A DNA stretch of 63,119 nucleotides, counting the filler, from Bipalium vagum (Eukaryota): the NCBI GenBank assembly GCA_037834085.1. It is 3 parts of 3 records of this genome, joined end to end, with 100 filler letters (N's around TTAATTAATTAA, not from the genome) between each part and the next. Parts side by side here need not be neighbours in the genome. Positions count along the whole stretch, not along the records: positions 18,964 to 46,093 come from JBBMKC010099150.1; positions 46,194 to 63,119 come from JBBMKC010086062.1; 1 more part is not named here. One strand, written 5' to 3'. Positions within the stretch are counted from its first letter, which is position 1, and the number at the start of each line of letters is the position of its first letter. Below are positions 39,901 through 53,878 of the stretch, one piece after another. The notes under the pieces were generated by a model. The model was not told the origin of the DNA. It ran no database searches and saw only the letters and a list, made by a program, of their open reading frames with translations. The position numbers and the translations under genes were made by a program.

Positions 39901-40749
39901 ATGGTATTGAGCCTGCTGTAATGAAATATTGGAATCGCAGTAATGATTTCCAAGAAACTTGTGTTCACTTAATTGACTCATTGACACAACGAGTCTAAGA
40001 CTGCATTAAAGCTAAAGGAGGACCAATTTTATATTGACACTATTAAAGTCATTACATTTAAAATACATTTGTGTGTTTAACGTTTGGAAATATACTTATA
40101 AAATGATGGTATATCCGAGTTTTTAAAGGTTTCAGGTTACCAAGATACTGAGGCAAAAATATTCAGAATTGTATAATATGTTGGGTGTTGCAATGTTGAT
40201 ACACAACAATGTATAATTTAATATAAAATATAAAACATAATATTTTTAATATAATCAAATAAAAATATTATTATAATATATACTAAAACTTAAGATGTGT
40301 CAGCAGAAAAAATAATTTTTTTGCAGGACCATACCAAGCAGCACAAACTGAAAGGTTATGGATAAGAGAGACTTTTTCGATAATCATACTTATCTGACAT
40401 ATTCCCTAAAGATCTTTCTTTTTCTTTACACCATTTCCTGTTACAGAAAGTCTTCAACACTTATTATATAATCAATGTAAAGAAGACTGAAATTGAAGAA
40501 ATAAAGTTTTATAATTTCCAAATGTTTATTTTTAATTTTCATTGGAAAAATGCGAAGTAATTTCCGAACAACCAAATATAAATGAAATAATAAAAATATA
40601 ACAAATGGGTCGAAAGTATTGAAACAAAGTGCTTAGGTAAATATAGATATCTGAACATGAAAAAAATCAAATTATTTTATATTAAATCAATATTATTTTA
40701 TATTAATCAATTTTTATAGATCAGAAAATATTTTAGATTATCATTTGAT

Positions 40750-41060
40750 AGAAGACGAAAAAATTCGATCTTCGCAGACGTATCTATGATTTGATTGGAC
40801 AAATGAAGAAATCCGAATTGGTAAAACATTTTCAACTGGAAAATGTCCCACGTACAACGATCTATATTATCATCAAACGTTTTGAGGATAGTATTCCATA
40901 TAAAAATATAGCAAGAAAAGGTCGTACAAATAAATTAAGCAAAAAATTGAAACAACAATTGAAACATTATACGCAAAATACTGTTGGTGTGAGTCAAAGA
41001 AAGCTCGCTTCAACATATAATGTCTCCAGATCTGGTATTCGTCGAAATATAAAAATATAG
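40750..41060 (+). mobile_element. Tc1-like transposase N-terminal HTH fragment
   Basis: VPRTTIYIIIKRF...RKGRTNKLS...SQRKLA...VSRSGIRR. Confidence 0.65.
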
Positions 41061-43239
41061 CAAACACAGAAATTCAGACATTCTTTCAGATTACGAATCA
41101 AACGTAAAATAAAAATTATATGGTTTTAAAGGAATTTTAACCAATCAATATTGAGATAAATTACAGACAAAATGCAAAAGTTCATTTCAACTGAATAACA
41201 AATGATGTGTAGCTAATTAAAAGGAAAACGTAACATATTTGTCAATAAACATTAATGTCCAAGAGTAAATGTCCGACAAAATAATAAGTGATAAAAGTTT
41301 CCTGATATTTACTAATGATTGATCATCTCCACCCTGTTCCAATAAACATTGAATTATATTTTCTCATTTTTATTACTGGAGAAATGTGAAGGAAAATCTG
41401 TTATTTCGTTACCTTCGTTTTATGATTTATGTTTTTGCATGTTTGGTCTGTATATAACAAATACATGTCAATTTATGATGAAAATCAAGGTAAAGAGCAA
41501 ATATGTTTTTCGTAAAAAAAGAACATGTTCACTCATTTACTTTACTGGAACTAAAATAAATAACTTTTTATAAACACCAAATATTGTGATTTCATATTTA
41601 TTTTATTATATATTTATATATAAATAACAAATAAAATGCCTGGAAAAATTTATTAAAAAATATTACCATATTTGATAATAATAATAATATTTATTTTTTT
41701 AATATTATTTTTTATATAATGTTTTTTTAAATTTTTTATTATTATTTACTAAGAGGAAATATAAATGAGAGGTGTTTTTTAACATATGTGAAAAAAATAA
41801 TATTATAAATATTAAATATTATAATTTAAAATATTACAATATCATAATTATAAGTTATAAATAATATTATTTATTTTTCAATTATTAAGGTAAACCTTCG
41901 AATAAAAATAAATAAGTTCATGATCATTGATTCACTATTAATAAATAAATAATATTAATTTTTTAATGTGAAATAATAAATTGATTAATAATTTTTTCAA
42001 TAAGGTTGTTACATATTTTCAGTTGACAAAATCACGTTTTATAAAAATTATAATAATAATTTATAATCACATTTACTCGGCTTAAAACAGATTAATCAAA
42101 AATGTGAAGATCAATTGTGAAAAGACCAATAAAAACAGATCTGTGACGTCATATTTAATTTCATTCTCATTATGATCAAACCTTATCTCTGATAGTAAAA
42201 GCAGCCAACCCTTTTCTGTTTTTTACAGTCGGATATGAAGAAGTCGGATAATCGAAACACAGAAAATTTTTTGTACAAATACATAAACATCATTTATATA
42301 TTTTTCTTAATCCGCTTAATTTTCACAATTAAACCGATTTTTGAAGATCTCAGCTTTACAACGAAATTTAATTGTTATTTTTTAAAATAAAAAAAAACTG
42401 TCATAAAACTAGTTTCGATCAAGCTTAATGATTGTAATGTCTAATTTGATAAAATTTTCACAGCTCATGCAAGCCTTCAATCCTGTAGCTGCTGGTAGAC
42501 ACCTATTCGCAGACATTTTATGATATAGTTTTTCTTAATAGACAACCAATTTCTCATATTCACTCTGGTATTATTTAAAAAATTTCATAAAGAGGAAATC
42601 CATTTTAGAAACGGCGGATATTTAAATTTTCATAATTTTTTGACGAGTTAAATCTGAAAATTTTATTAAAAATTTTAAAAATAATAAATAAAAATATTTT
42701 AAGGTAATATCCGGGAATCATTCTTTTATATTGTTTTTCTAATTTTAACAACTATGAGTTTAGTTTGAATTTGTTAAACATTGTCAATTAATCTCACTAG
42801 GAATCTGCTGTCTACAAATTGATTATAAGATTATTACAACCGTGTTTTCCATAATATAAAAAAATAAATAATAAATATTTTTAAAAAATGACATAAATCC
42901 AAACTAGGCCTTATAATCAATAAATATTTTACATTTAAATGATTTTATAAAAATTATATATTCTAAAACAAATTATATTGATTGGTTAATTAATTTGAAA
43001 ACAGATCTTTTAATTATAGCGCCTATTTAATGTTTAAGATTTATATTTGAAAATCTCTTAAATAAAAATATTTTATTAACTAGGGCTTATTTAAATGAGT
43101 ATGGTTTATATTATGGAAAATAAGGTATTTAATTATTAATTTATTATCATTAATCTTTTTTTCATTAATTATAAATTATAAATAAAATATTTTTTCATTT
43201 CAGACATTTAGAAACATAAAAAAAATTTTTTTTTCAAAA

Positions 43240-44320
43240 TTTTGTTAAATTACAAATTTGTTTCTACTTGCCAAATATTTTCAATTGATTTTAATCAAGC
43301 TAAAAAACGTGCATATTTCGAACCTACTATTAATAATTTTTTTAGCCAAATGTGACCCGAAGTAAAAAATTATTTTATTTAAAAATAGATTAATTTAAAA
43401 ATTTATTTTAAAACAATTTTAAAAATCCAAAAATTACTTTTCACATTTAAATTGAAAATATTTTCAATTGATTTAAAAATCGCGAGAACTTGTTAAGTTG
43501 GAATTTTATTGATTTCTAATTTGGTTCGAACAAACAAAACTCCAGGAAAATTATTTTATTTTAAAAATGAGTTGATAAAAAAGAAATAAATTAAAAAATC
43601 AATTTTTTTCATTTTATTATCAGTTTTTAGTTGATAAATATCTTCAATCGATTTTAACAGAAATTAGAAACGTGTATTATTTTGAATTTATTATTTCAAA
43701 ATTTTTCTTAATCTAAGAAAAAAACTTAATTGATTAAAAAAATAGATAAGAAATTAATTAATTTTTTTTTCAAAAATTCAATTTGAAATATAATTTTAAA
43801 AATTCAAGTTTTTCAATTTTATTAAAAGGAAACTTTTTTCTACCTTTAAATTGTTTTTCAATTGATTTTCAGAAGATTCAGTACGATAAATTGCAAATTG
43901 GCTCAGACAATCACGACTTTTCGAATATTATTTTACTTAAAAAATCAATAAGACACTAATTCAAAAAATAATTAAAAACCGAATTTAAAATGATTATAAG
44001 AAAATCCAAAACTTGTTTCTTAAATAATAATTAAATCAAAATTTCGTTTTGAGTTGTCAAAATTTTTAAAATTGATTTAAGTCAACACGATAACATGTAA
44101 CTTTCTATTTTCCGTTTTTAAATTGGTTCCAATAAACAAACTATTCCAAAAAATATTATTTTATTTAGAAAATTAATTAAAAAATTAAAAAATTAAAGTA
44201 AAATTTCTCAAAAATTATTTTTCACATTTATTATCAATTTTCTTTGGGAAATATCTTCTCGAAGCGTACACATTTCGAACTTGCTATCTTCAAATGGGTT
44301 CGGTTAAATTGGATTTCAAA
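43240..44320. repeat. Degenerate tandem repeat, 5-6 units of about 180-215 bp
   Basis: Anchor ttcaat(t/c)gattt at 43280, 43463, 43643, 43857 and a variant near 44067. Units share downstream aaattggttc and attattttattt.aaaaat segments. Confidence 0.6.
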
Positions 44321-45907
44321 TAAAAATAAATTATATAAAAACTATATTAAATTATATTAAAAGATTGTTTTCGGATAACAATCTAATATCTGATTTTAGG
44401 GACGCATGTTAAAAGATTTAAAACATTATTTGTGCACAACGGATTTGGTGGGAATTGAATCTGTGAAATTATTTTCCGTTTTTCAGATTTTTTCTTTTAA
44501 TGAAATTCTAGAATAGATATTTCTCGCTGATACGAAAAAGATTTCTTTAAGTTCTTTGAAAAAAATCAATTTCTTCATGACAACTAATAATCGTGAAAAC
44601 CAATGTCATTTGGTTTATTGGATGAAATTTAGAAAAATATCGAAGGTCAACTTTTTGTTTTAATGCGTTACTTAATATATAATCGGTAATGTATTAACAA
44701 GACTTGAAAAACTTCATAAAATTCACCACATCTTGGAACATTTCTTTCGAGATTCCAGATAGCTTCAGGAAAGATTTATCGGTATTATTTTTATTAATTT
44801 TAGTCTTTTTACATATTTTATTTATTTTTCATAAATATTTTGGTGACGTTGGTAAAGTAAATACCACCCTTTAATTTTAAAATATAAATTATTTCAAAAA
44901 ATGTACACTTCATCCGAAAGAAAGCTTCACTATTGTTTGCATGAAAAAAACAAATAAACATGACACAAGACCCGTGACGAACGTTGATCCGTATTAATTA
45001 CAGAATTAGACAAACTCCTAATCCAAACAACTCCGAAGATCACGTCATACTCAAAGTAACTTTTCCAGACAACAATATGCAAACTGCAAATTCAAATATA
45101 TCGCAAGGCACACATGTCTGGATTCTCACGAGCACACCCACGCACTCGATAGAGACAAATCTCGATCAATAAATCGATTGGTGGATCAAGAGAACTGTTT
45201 ATTTGTCTGAGGTCGACATCGAATATCGCAATGAGTCACTGAGTGAGTAATCAAGTTTCATTTCGATGCCAAATCGATCGTCGCAACATTTCAAATGTTT
45301 CGACAAACTCATCGAGACGCCGTTTTAATGAATCCAATTCTCATTGTTATGGTCACAAATTCTGATGCCAATTTGAATAGCTGGAATTTTTATGACGAAA
45401 ATTTTCGCTCGATAAAAGATTGATTTTAGAAAACTCAGCTAAAATTATCATTCATGCGTTCCAGTGGAATTGGTGAACTTTATTATTATTGTACGTTTCT
45501 AATTAAAGTTTACGAATATTTTTTGGCTCTGATTTTTGTATTTTCGATAAAATTGATAAAATGTGGTAAATGAAAAATAAAATTAAACGAAACTTCATCA
45601 CAATTGTAATCTATGTAATGGAACTGAATGGAGACGATAAATTGAATTAAGACTTTTACTAAAACAGAAAAGTGGTCTTTTAGGAATTTGATGAAAATCA
45701 ATGATTTCTTTGATGCTGTCTATGAAAAATTGATTTTTTAAAGCTGTTCTTAGAAAAATAATAATCATAATGATGAAAATGTTAAAATTTTATTTTTTTC
45801 TGACTAAACTCAATTTTATGCTTCATGAAAATTAGTAATAAAATTTATTTTTTCTATGAGGTGCAGTGGAATATTTTCAATGTTATCAAGGAAATATCGA
45901 TTAATTT

Positions 45908-46039
45908 NNNNNNNNNNNNNNNNNNNNNNNNNNNNNNNNNNNNNNNNNNNNNNNNNNNNNNNNNNNNNNNNNNNNNNNNNNNNNNNNNNNNNNNNNNNNN
46001 NNNNNNNNNNNNNNNNNNNNNNNNNNNNNNNNNNNNNNN
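45908..46039. other. Assembly gap (N run)
   Basis: 132 N. Confidence 0.95.
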
Positions 46040-46093
46040 TAACAATAATAAATAATAAAAATAAATAATAGCATAATAATAATAATAATAATA

Positions 46094-46193
46094 NNNNNNN
46101 NNNNNNNNNNNNNNNNNNNNNNNNNNNNNNNNNNNNNTTAATTAATTAANNNNNNNNNNNNNNNNNNNNNNNNNNNNNNNNNNNNNNNNNNNN
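46094..46193. other. Artificial scaffolding linker (N44-TTAATTAATTAA-N44)
   Basis: Identical to 18864-18963. Confidence 0.95.
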
Positions 46194-46570
46194 TTTAATT
46201 TTTAAATAGCTTTTTGTTTTTGTTGTCATCGAAATAACTTTTAAATTGTCAAGCTCAACAGTTCTTTCTAAATTTATATTTATCCTCATAATTTTTAAGA
46301 TTAGTTTTGATAATTTTCTTTTTATGAAAATTCATATTTCACCAGTTTAATTTAAAATATTAAATCAATAATCACAAAATCTATAGATGAAAATAATGAA
46401 ATCAATAAAGATCAAAATATAAAATGAGATTGGGAAATTAAAATGAATACTAATAATCTATTTATAATGATTGTTTAATTTGATATTTTATTTTTTATAT
46501 TAAAATACATACTAAAAAATACTTTTTAATTTAATAACAAAATAGGAAATAAATATAACAAATAGACCAC

Positions 46571-46781
46571 CTTTCTAAAATCATAGAATTAGTTACCCCA
46601 TAATGTTCGACATCAGGACACTCATTGAAAAATTTAGGGTCTTGTCCAATTTCTGTACGTGATTCTCCCAAATAATAAATAATATTTGGATGATAAGATA
46701 ATTTTCCAAGAATACTACTTTCATTTAGATCAATATAGTTAGGAGTAAACTTATAAGCCTGTTTCAAAATAATGTCTGGTT
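46571..46781 (-). CDS. Kinase N-lobe exon (beta3 Lys, alphaC Glu, gatekeeper) of the DRAK-like gene
   Basis: Bounded by tttag| and |gtggt, 211 nt. Reads PDIILK...LNESSILGKLSYHPNIIYYLG...SMILE and ends in AG (phase 2). Joined to exon 39497, which starts A|GCT, it gives MILERAKGG. Confidence 0.8.
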
Positions 46782-48049
46782 CTAAAATTAATTAATCACT
46801 TTATTTTAATGTTAATAGATCATAATTATAAATATTTTATTTTATCTCTTTTTATTTCTAAGTTGGAAATTAATCTAAAAGTAAATAAATAATATATTTA
46901 TTTTCGATACGGTAATGATTATATTGTATTACAACCAGAATAGAAAATATATACGGGTAACTGGAAAATAAATTTTATTCAGCATTTCAAAAATTTTAAA
47001 ATTCGAAACTGATTCAAAATTTATTAACAATTATATCTTTGGCTCATTGAACATTCTTCAATAACTTGTTGACTTTTCATTATTAAAAAATCGGTGAAAT
47101 AATAATATATATCATGAGGGTAAATTCAATTTCTGATGTTTGAAAATAATTTTTATTTAATATTTTATTTTAAAGTTTTAGACGGAAGACTAAATATAAA
47201 TCAAGTTGAAAGTCGATTTTGAAACAGTACACGCTACACTCCAATAAGAAAAATGTATCATTTGAATTCTAAGATACCAAATCGACTAACAATAATCACG
47301 TCTTGTTAAATTACCAAAAAAATTCAAAATAAATATCCAGAATATAAAAAAATATTCGACAATATTAGGATAAATCAAAAAATAATTTAAAATAAGAACA
47401 TATTTTCTATTTCTTATAAATTTTATCAATACACTGTCCAGTCTATTTTTTAATTAAAATATCAATATATTAAATGACTAAAGCTTTTTATATTCGATTT
47501 TAATATTAATATTTTAAGTAATGATTTAAATATAAATCGATTAACTAATTTTGTTTATTCAATATAAACCATTTTATTTCAGTTATTGAAGATTCGACAG
47601 ATGCATATATATATTAATCGAACTTTTATCAAGTACACCATAATATCGACGAGTTTAAAGCTCATTGGATATAGATATATTTTGTCCAACTAGATTGACA
47701 ATGAGAACTAATTCAAGTTCCTAATTGTCAAAATCCCTTAATATAGAAACTATTAAAATTAACAATATTAACCTATATAATTTTAGAAATTTATTATCAA
47801 ATAATCATTATAATTATAAAATAATAAATATTTTATTGTAAAATAAAAAGATTGAAGGAAAAATATTTTTTATCTTCCTGGTTAATTCTTTTTTTTAATT
47901 AGATCAAAAATTACCTTTCACTATAACTTATTTGCATTCTTATAAAATTCTTATAAAACCTTTAGCGGGGATTGTAAAACTCGTGCCCTTTTTAATAAAG
48001 AGATAAAACCAAAATATTTTATTGACAAAATTTATTTAATGAATATTAT

Positions 48050-49015
48050 ATATTCAACAATATTATGAATGACGTTCTGCCATCTTTTAACTAACATCAT
48101 TATTCCATGTTTGTAGAACTCAAATGGTTTACTAGCAAAAATAAGTCAATGTGGCTTATAAATGACTCCTCATCAATGAATATTTTCCCGTTCAAAGAAG
48201 TCTGTAGAAACAGAAACAAATGGTAATTAGTAAGTACTAGTCTGGTAAATGCATAGGATGAAACAAAACATCCCATCCAAAGATCAATAATTTGTTCCGA
48301 GTGACAATTGATATATAGGCCGAGAATTATTGCGCTATTTTAATACTATTTTGATTTGCATATTTTAGACGCTTTTCGTGTATTGCATTGTTCAACTTTG
48401 ATAATCGTGAACAGTACACTTCCGAATTAATCTTTTGGTCGGATGGTAACAGCTCTTAATAAATCATACTTTTGAAACCCCATCAAACAGAAAACATGAT
48501 CTTCGTTGGGAAGCAATCTTACCTTTAATGAGGATTTTGGTGATTGGCCAGTCCTATAACACGATCTCTAGAGGACATGACCGTAAACGATCCATTTTTC
48601 ATTATTTACAAACATTTTTTTTCATACCGTTTTAGCAGCAAGCCGATATTGAAATACGTCCAAACAAATTATTGTATCCAAACATTGAGAAAGAGATCCC
48701 ATAGTACTTAGACATTTTCCACACGGTTATAGGATGTATAATTTCCCTAGTAAAATGGCATAAATTCTAGTTGATGATACCTTGAAGATCACTTGAACCA
48801 ATCTTAACTGTGCTAACGGGGGATTAGAAAAATAAGTTTTTCATGAAGCCTATCTAGCGTTCAAAGTTTACATTTTTTGGAAAAAATCTGTTTGTATTAG
48901 TGAAATATAAGACTATAGTAGATATAAAAACTGAACATTATCATATCTCATTAATTGCTTTCGGTATTTTCCAATCATATAAGTAGTAAGTTGAATGAAA
49001 ATATGGACAACCCTA
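48050..49015 (-). mobile_element. Decayed mariner
   Basis: Remnants such as IIDLWMGCFVSS, YHLFLFLQTSLNGK and GIMMLVKRWQNVIHN. TIR-like ttagggttgtcca near 49015. Confidence 0.65.
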
Positions 49016-49132
49016 AAAATCTAACCGAATATCGATTTGACATCGATATGAACTTGAAACCCAATGCAAGTTAGGTAACCATTTGATCAGTGGAAAATTC
49101 GACTGAAGTTTTTAAACATAATTTTTTAAATA

Positions 49133-50150
49133 TTAGGTGTGTGAATAAGTTTCCGGATTTTTTAAAATAAATAACCAAAATAAATTTAATTATATAATAA
49201 ACACATTCATTCTTCGAAATATTCCTTATAAATATTTTTCCCACCAGGCAAGATACCGATTTCACGTTTAAAAAATCCAGACTTTTTGAGGCGATCGAAT
49301 CACTTTCTGGTATTCTCGTAAGATTGAAAATTCTGGTCAACCAGATTATGAGCCATGGAACGGTACAGGTGGTAATCTGTAGGAGCAATATCTGGAAAAT
49401 ATGGTGGATGTGGTAGAACTTCCCATTTTAGTGTTTCCAATAATGTTTTGACCGTTTTCGAAACATGCGGCCGAACATTGACATGTTTCAAAATGACTTT
49501 ATCAGGCTTGTCGGCATAATATGGTCTTTGCTCCACTAATGCTTAGCTTAAACGCATCAATTGATCTCGATATCAATCCACAGTGATTGTTTTGATCGGT
49601 TGCAACACCTCATATCAGATGATACCAAATACACAGCATGAGGTGTTGAAAATGAATATGTGGTTTTCTCGTCGATGTAGACGCATGGCCCGGCTTTCCC
49701 CATTATCATTAGAGCTTTGAATTACTGCAATGAATCCATTTTTCATCGCCTATAACAATGTAATGTTAAAACTCTTCTATCTTTGCTGCTGAAGCAACAT
49801 GTACACAAAGGTCTCTGGAGTTTAATTCGTACGGATCTGGATTTGTCAGTGGCATCACATTCTTCATTCTTAAAGCAAATATACCATTCAAAACTCTGAG
49901 TTCTTGATAAGGTATGTTTGCCATATGTTTCTACTAACAAATTATGACTTTCAGAAGAGGTTTTCTTAGAAAAATTAAAATTTTTCATGTTGGATTATAA
50001 AATAATGAATATTTAAACAAGACATTTTTATATTTAAATTAATACATTTATTGACAGTTTCAAATAACATATATATCATTAATTTATTACCACACATATT
50101 TCAATTGTGGCTTCCTTATTCCGAATCCGGAATTTTATTCACACACATAA
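49133..50150 (-). mobile_element. Mariner with both TIRs and TA flanks, internally deleted
   Basis: Ends TA|ttaggtgtgtgaataagtttccggatt and aatccggaattttattcacacacataa|TA. ORFs 49743-49988 (HTH) and 49300-49536 (WEVLPHPPYFPDIAPTDYHL). Confidence 0.9.
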
Positions 50151-53100
50151 TATGATCAAATTATTTTTAATTTTCTTTTGAAATTGAAAATTTTTTTTCA
50201 GATTTAATAATCAAAGTTATTTTATATAATAACTTCGTTCACAATAATTATTTTGATAATTCCCAATTTTATGATCGCAGATTTTTATGCGAATAATCGT
50301 GCAGTGAAAGATGAAATCAAAGATTTATTTATTTATTATTATTGGTTATATTGTATATTATTATTTAAAACAAAATTTTAATTTTCAATCAATATTGTAA
50401 ACTTTTAAATAATTTTTTATATTTAAATATTGATTGATCAATATATTGGGAATCAATACTTTATTCATATCATGATTGTATTTAATATGAAAATTATTCA
50501 ATATAGATATATATTCAATATATATAAGACTTCTAGTTGACATTTTGTTTAAATAAAATATTAAACCTCGAGAAATTTTCTGAATTTAAAGCGAAAATGT
50601 TTAATAGCTCAAATAAAACTTTTTACCAAGAAACAGTATTATAAAATTGTTATTTTCATTAATTCTCGTAAAAAATATTTTTTTAACTAAAGCATTTAAA
50701 ACAAATTAGGAATGAAATGAATGGCATACAAAAATCTTGCCGGTTAAATAATAACTAAGAAATAAAATGATTTATTATTATTGGTGGAAAAAATTATATA
50801 ATTAAAATAAATTTAATCCATCATTTCCTTCGACTTCACAATGCTTCTTGAATTTTGAATTATAATTTCACATCATACTGATGACCTCATCGAAATGAAA
50901 TGTCTGGCCACATAGATGTCTCTTTAGATGACCAAATAAATAAAATTTACTAGTGTTAGAAAAGATCTGTTAGACTTTAACTCATTGCAAAGTTCAAGAA
51001 AAACTATCAACTATGTAGGATGAGGTCGTGTCTGATAATTATAATTTGCTGACTTCAGGACACGTTTTCTCTTAATTTTAAATATCCTATTAAGTTTGGT
51101 TAATGTCTCAATATTTTTCTTTGTTGATTTTTCGTTATTGTTTTCAAAATAATTTTTTTTTTCATTGGACATAGAAAAGGTTTTCATAATCTTGTCACAA
51201 GTTCTCAGAAAAGAAAGACATTTCTGACGATCCATATACAATAAAATCAAGACGGATTTTTAATTGCCGTTTTTTATTTCAGTAATTAAGGAATACGGTG
51301 AGAAATAATTTTTTGAAGCATAATTATTGTTAACTAAAATTGTTAGAAAAAAATTTTTTTTAGATAAGATGATTATTAAAGATTAAATCATGAATTTATT
51401 TCAAATGATACTGGTTAATACTTCTGGATAACATTCTGTTTTATTTAACCGAAAAATTGAACTTTTAATTTTTATATAGGTTAATCCATCTTCTAATGTT
51501 GATAGGAATTTTTTCCATTTAGGAAATGTCAAATTTTAGATCTTTCAATTTAGTATTTTTAGGCTAAATTAAGTAGTATTTTCTAGAGTAATAATGTTTA
51601 ATATTGAAAGTAAATATTTTTTCAAATAAACCATAAATTAATTTTTTTAGGATCAAATTATTTTATTTTATGGTCAAATTACCTAAATTTTAAGAAATTA
51701 GTCTATAAATTATTTATACATGGTATTCATTATAGACGAACATGAAGAATTCTTTTTTGTTTTATTATTAATTGATAAAAAGGTTAGAGGAAACTAAACT
51801 TTTATTAAAAATTACGAAAATATTCTAGAAAGTTACTTAAGATAAAAAACCAGATAAAAATACAAAATAAGCAGTCAACATTACTATTAGACTCATTTCA
51901 ACTACATTTTTATGTTAAGTATATTTTAAATTAATTAAAGAAATGAAATTTTGAAAAAGAATATATTTATTTAAAATCACCCTTTCATTCGTATTGTTTA
52001 TATTAAATGTACAGAATCTAAACTCTATTTGTGATTTTGGAAATTTTTTCGTTTCAAACTTTTTTATTTCGTTGTCATGGTTCTTGAAATTTCTGAATCA
52101 ATCTTCTACATTTATATGAGCTATATCATATTTCCCATTTTACAATTTTTGTCATTATGGTTCCAATTTAATTTATTCTAAATAGTTAAGTTTACGAATA
52201 AAATTTTTCTTAAATTTTATATAAAACTAAGAATTTTGTTATACACAAATATATTATATAATAATAATTAAAGTTGGGTAGAACTTATATATTTAATTTT
52301 TTTTAATTTTCAATTTACAATTAAATTGACTACTTTTTGTATAATTAACATTTTAAGCTATATATCTCAAATTATGTATACAATTATTATTCTGTATTTC
52401 AGAATATCAACACTGTCGACAGATGTCGTATAGACAAGAGTTTTAATAAAATCATATGTAAAAAAATAACTACCTTTCGAACCTTGAAATCACGTTAATT
52501 ATTTAACTGGCTAAATTTTAAAATTTTATTTTTATATTTTCTCTTTTGATGCTGATTTAAATTCATTTGTTAGTGTTTTTTTAAAATTTAAATACCGATT
52601 TTCATATTGGTCAATAAGAACCAATAAAAATTAACTTCCGATTTTTGTTGATTTTTCTAATGATTTTAATAAATAGAGAAATTTCAAAGATATTTAAAAT
52701 TCTTTTTTTTACATAAAAATTGTATGATTTGATAAATTTTTAATCTTTTATATAGATTATTTTAATTTATTAATTTCTAAAACATTTGATAAATAAAATA
52801 ATTGTAATAGATTTTATTAAACCGAGGATAATTTAACAATTTGTTAAATTTAACATTTGTTCAAGTCTTGATATGCAATAATTTTATATTTTAAAATCAT
52901 TCTTATACTTCTTTTTACGTTCAGATAATTTAATTAGAATAGAAAAAAGTCAAAATGTCGCCATGCTGTATGATTCAACAACTATTTTTGCTCCCTTTGC
53001 TTATCTCCAATATTATTTATGAGCGTTCTTCGTACTAGCATTTATAGATTATATATTTACACATTAAATTTCTATTTTCATAACGTATACAATAGTATTC

Positions 53101-53878
53101 CTTCCAAGAACACCAGCATAATAACTTAGAAAGTTGGACTGTAAAATTTATATTACAACAATAATATCATTTAAACCTTTATATAAATCAATTATAAAAT
53201 ACTGGGTTGTAGTAAGGTTATAAATATCAGTTGAATGATTTAGAAGACAAACTCGTCAGACTTAAGGCTGCTCTTTTATTGTCTTCCACTTCAATTTTCA
53301 AATTTTTTGAAATAAGAAACACAAAGAAGTTGTATAATGTAATTGACACACAATGCAAAAACTAGTAGTCATGTGAAAAATTCTGACCTTTCTTCTAGAA
53401 TACGAACGTGCTTCCGGATCTTGACAGATCCTACATAAAGTGAAAATTTATCTATTTAAATTTCAACATCATTTCAACATTTAGTAACGTTAATGCTATT
53501 AACCAAAACATAGAAGCCATTAAGAACGACATTTTATCGATCAAAGAACTAAATGAAAAAGTCAAAGTTGTTACGGCCAGCAATAAAGAACCATATGACA
53601 AATTGAAACTAGATATAGAGTTTTACATTATTATTACGGAAAATAGATAAAATTAATGGGAAACTAGACCGTGTAAAATTTTCGCAAATTTAAAATAATC
53701 TTCACATATATTCAAATGTTTAGTGGTATATATTAGATATACCAGTGAGATTGTGTATTAGATATACCAATGAGATTGTGTATTTGATGAGTATATGTGT
53801 TTGTAGTTTAAATTTGTCTTATTATTTGTTTTATTATTAAAAAAATTTTGTAAATTTTGTATTTCAAATATATTTTTT

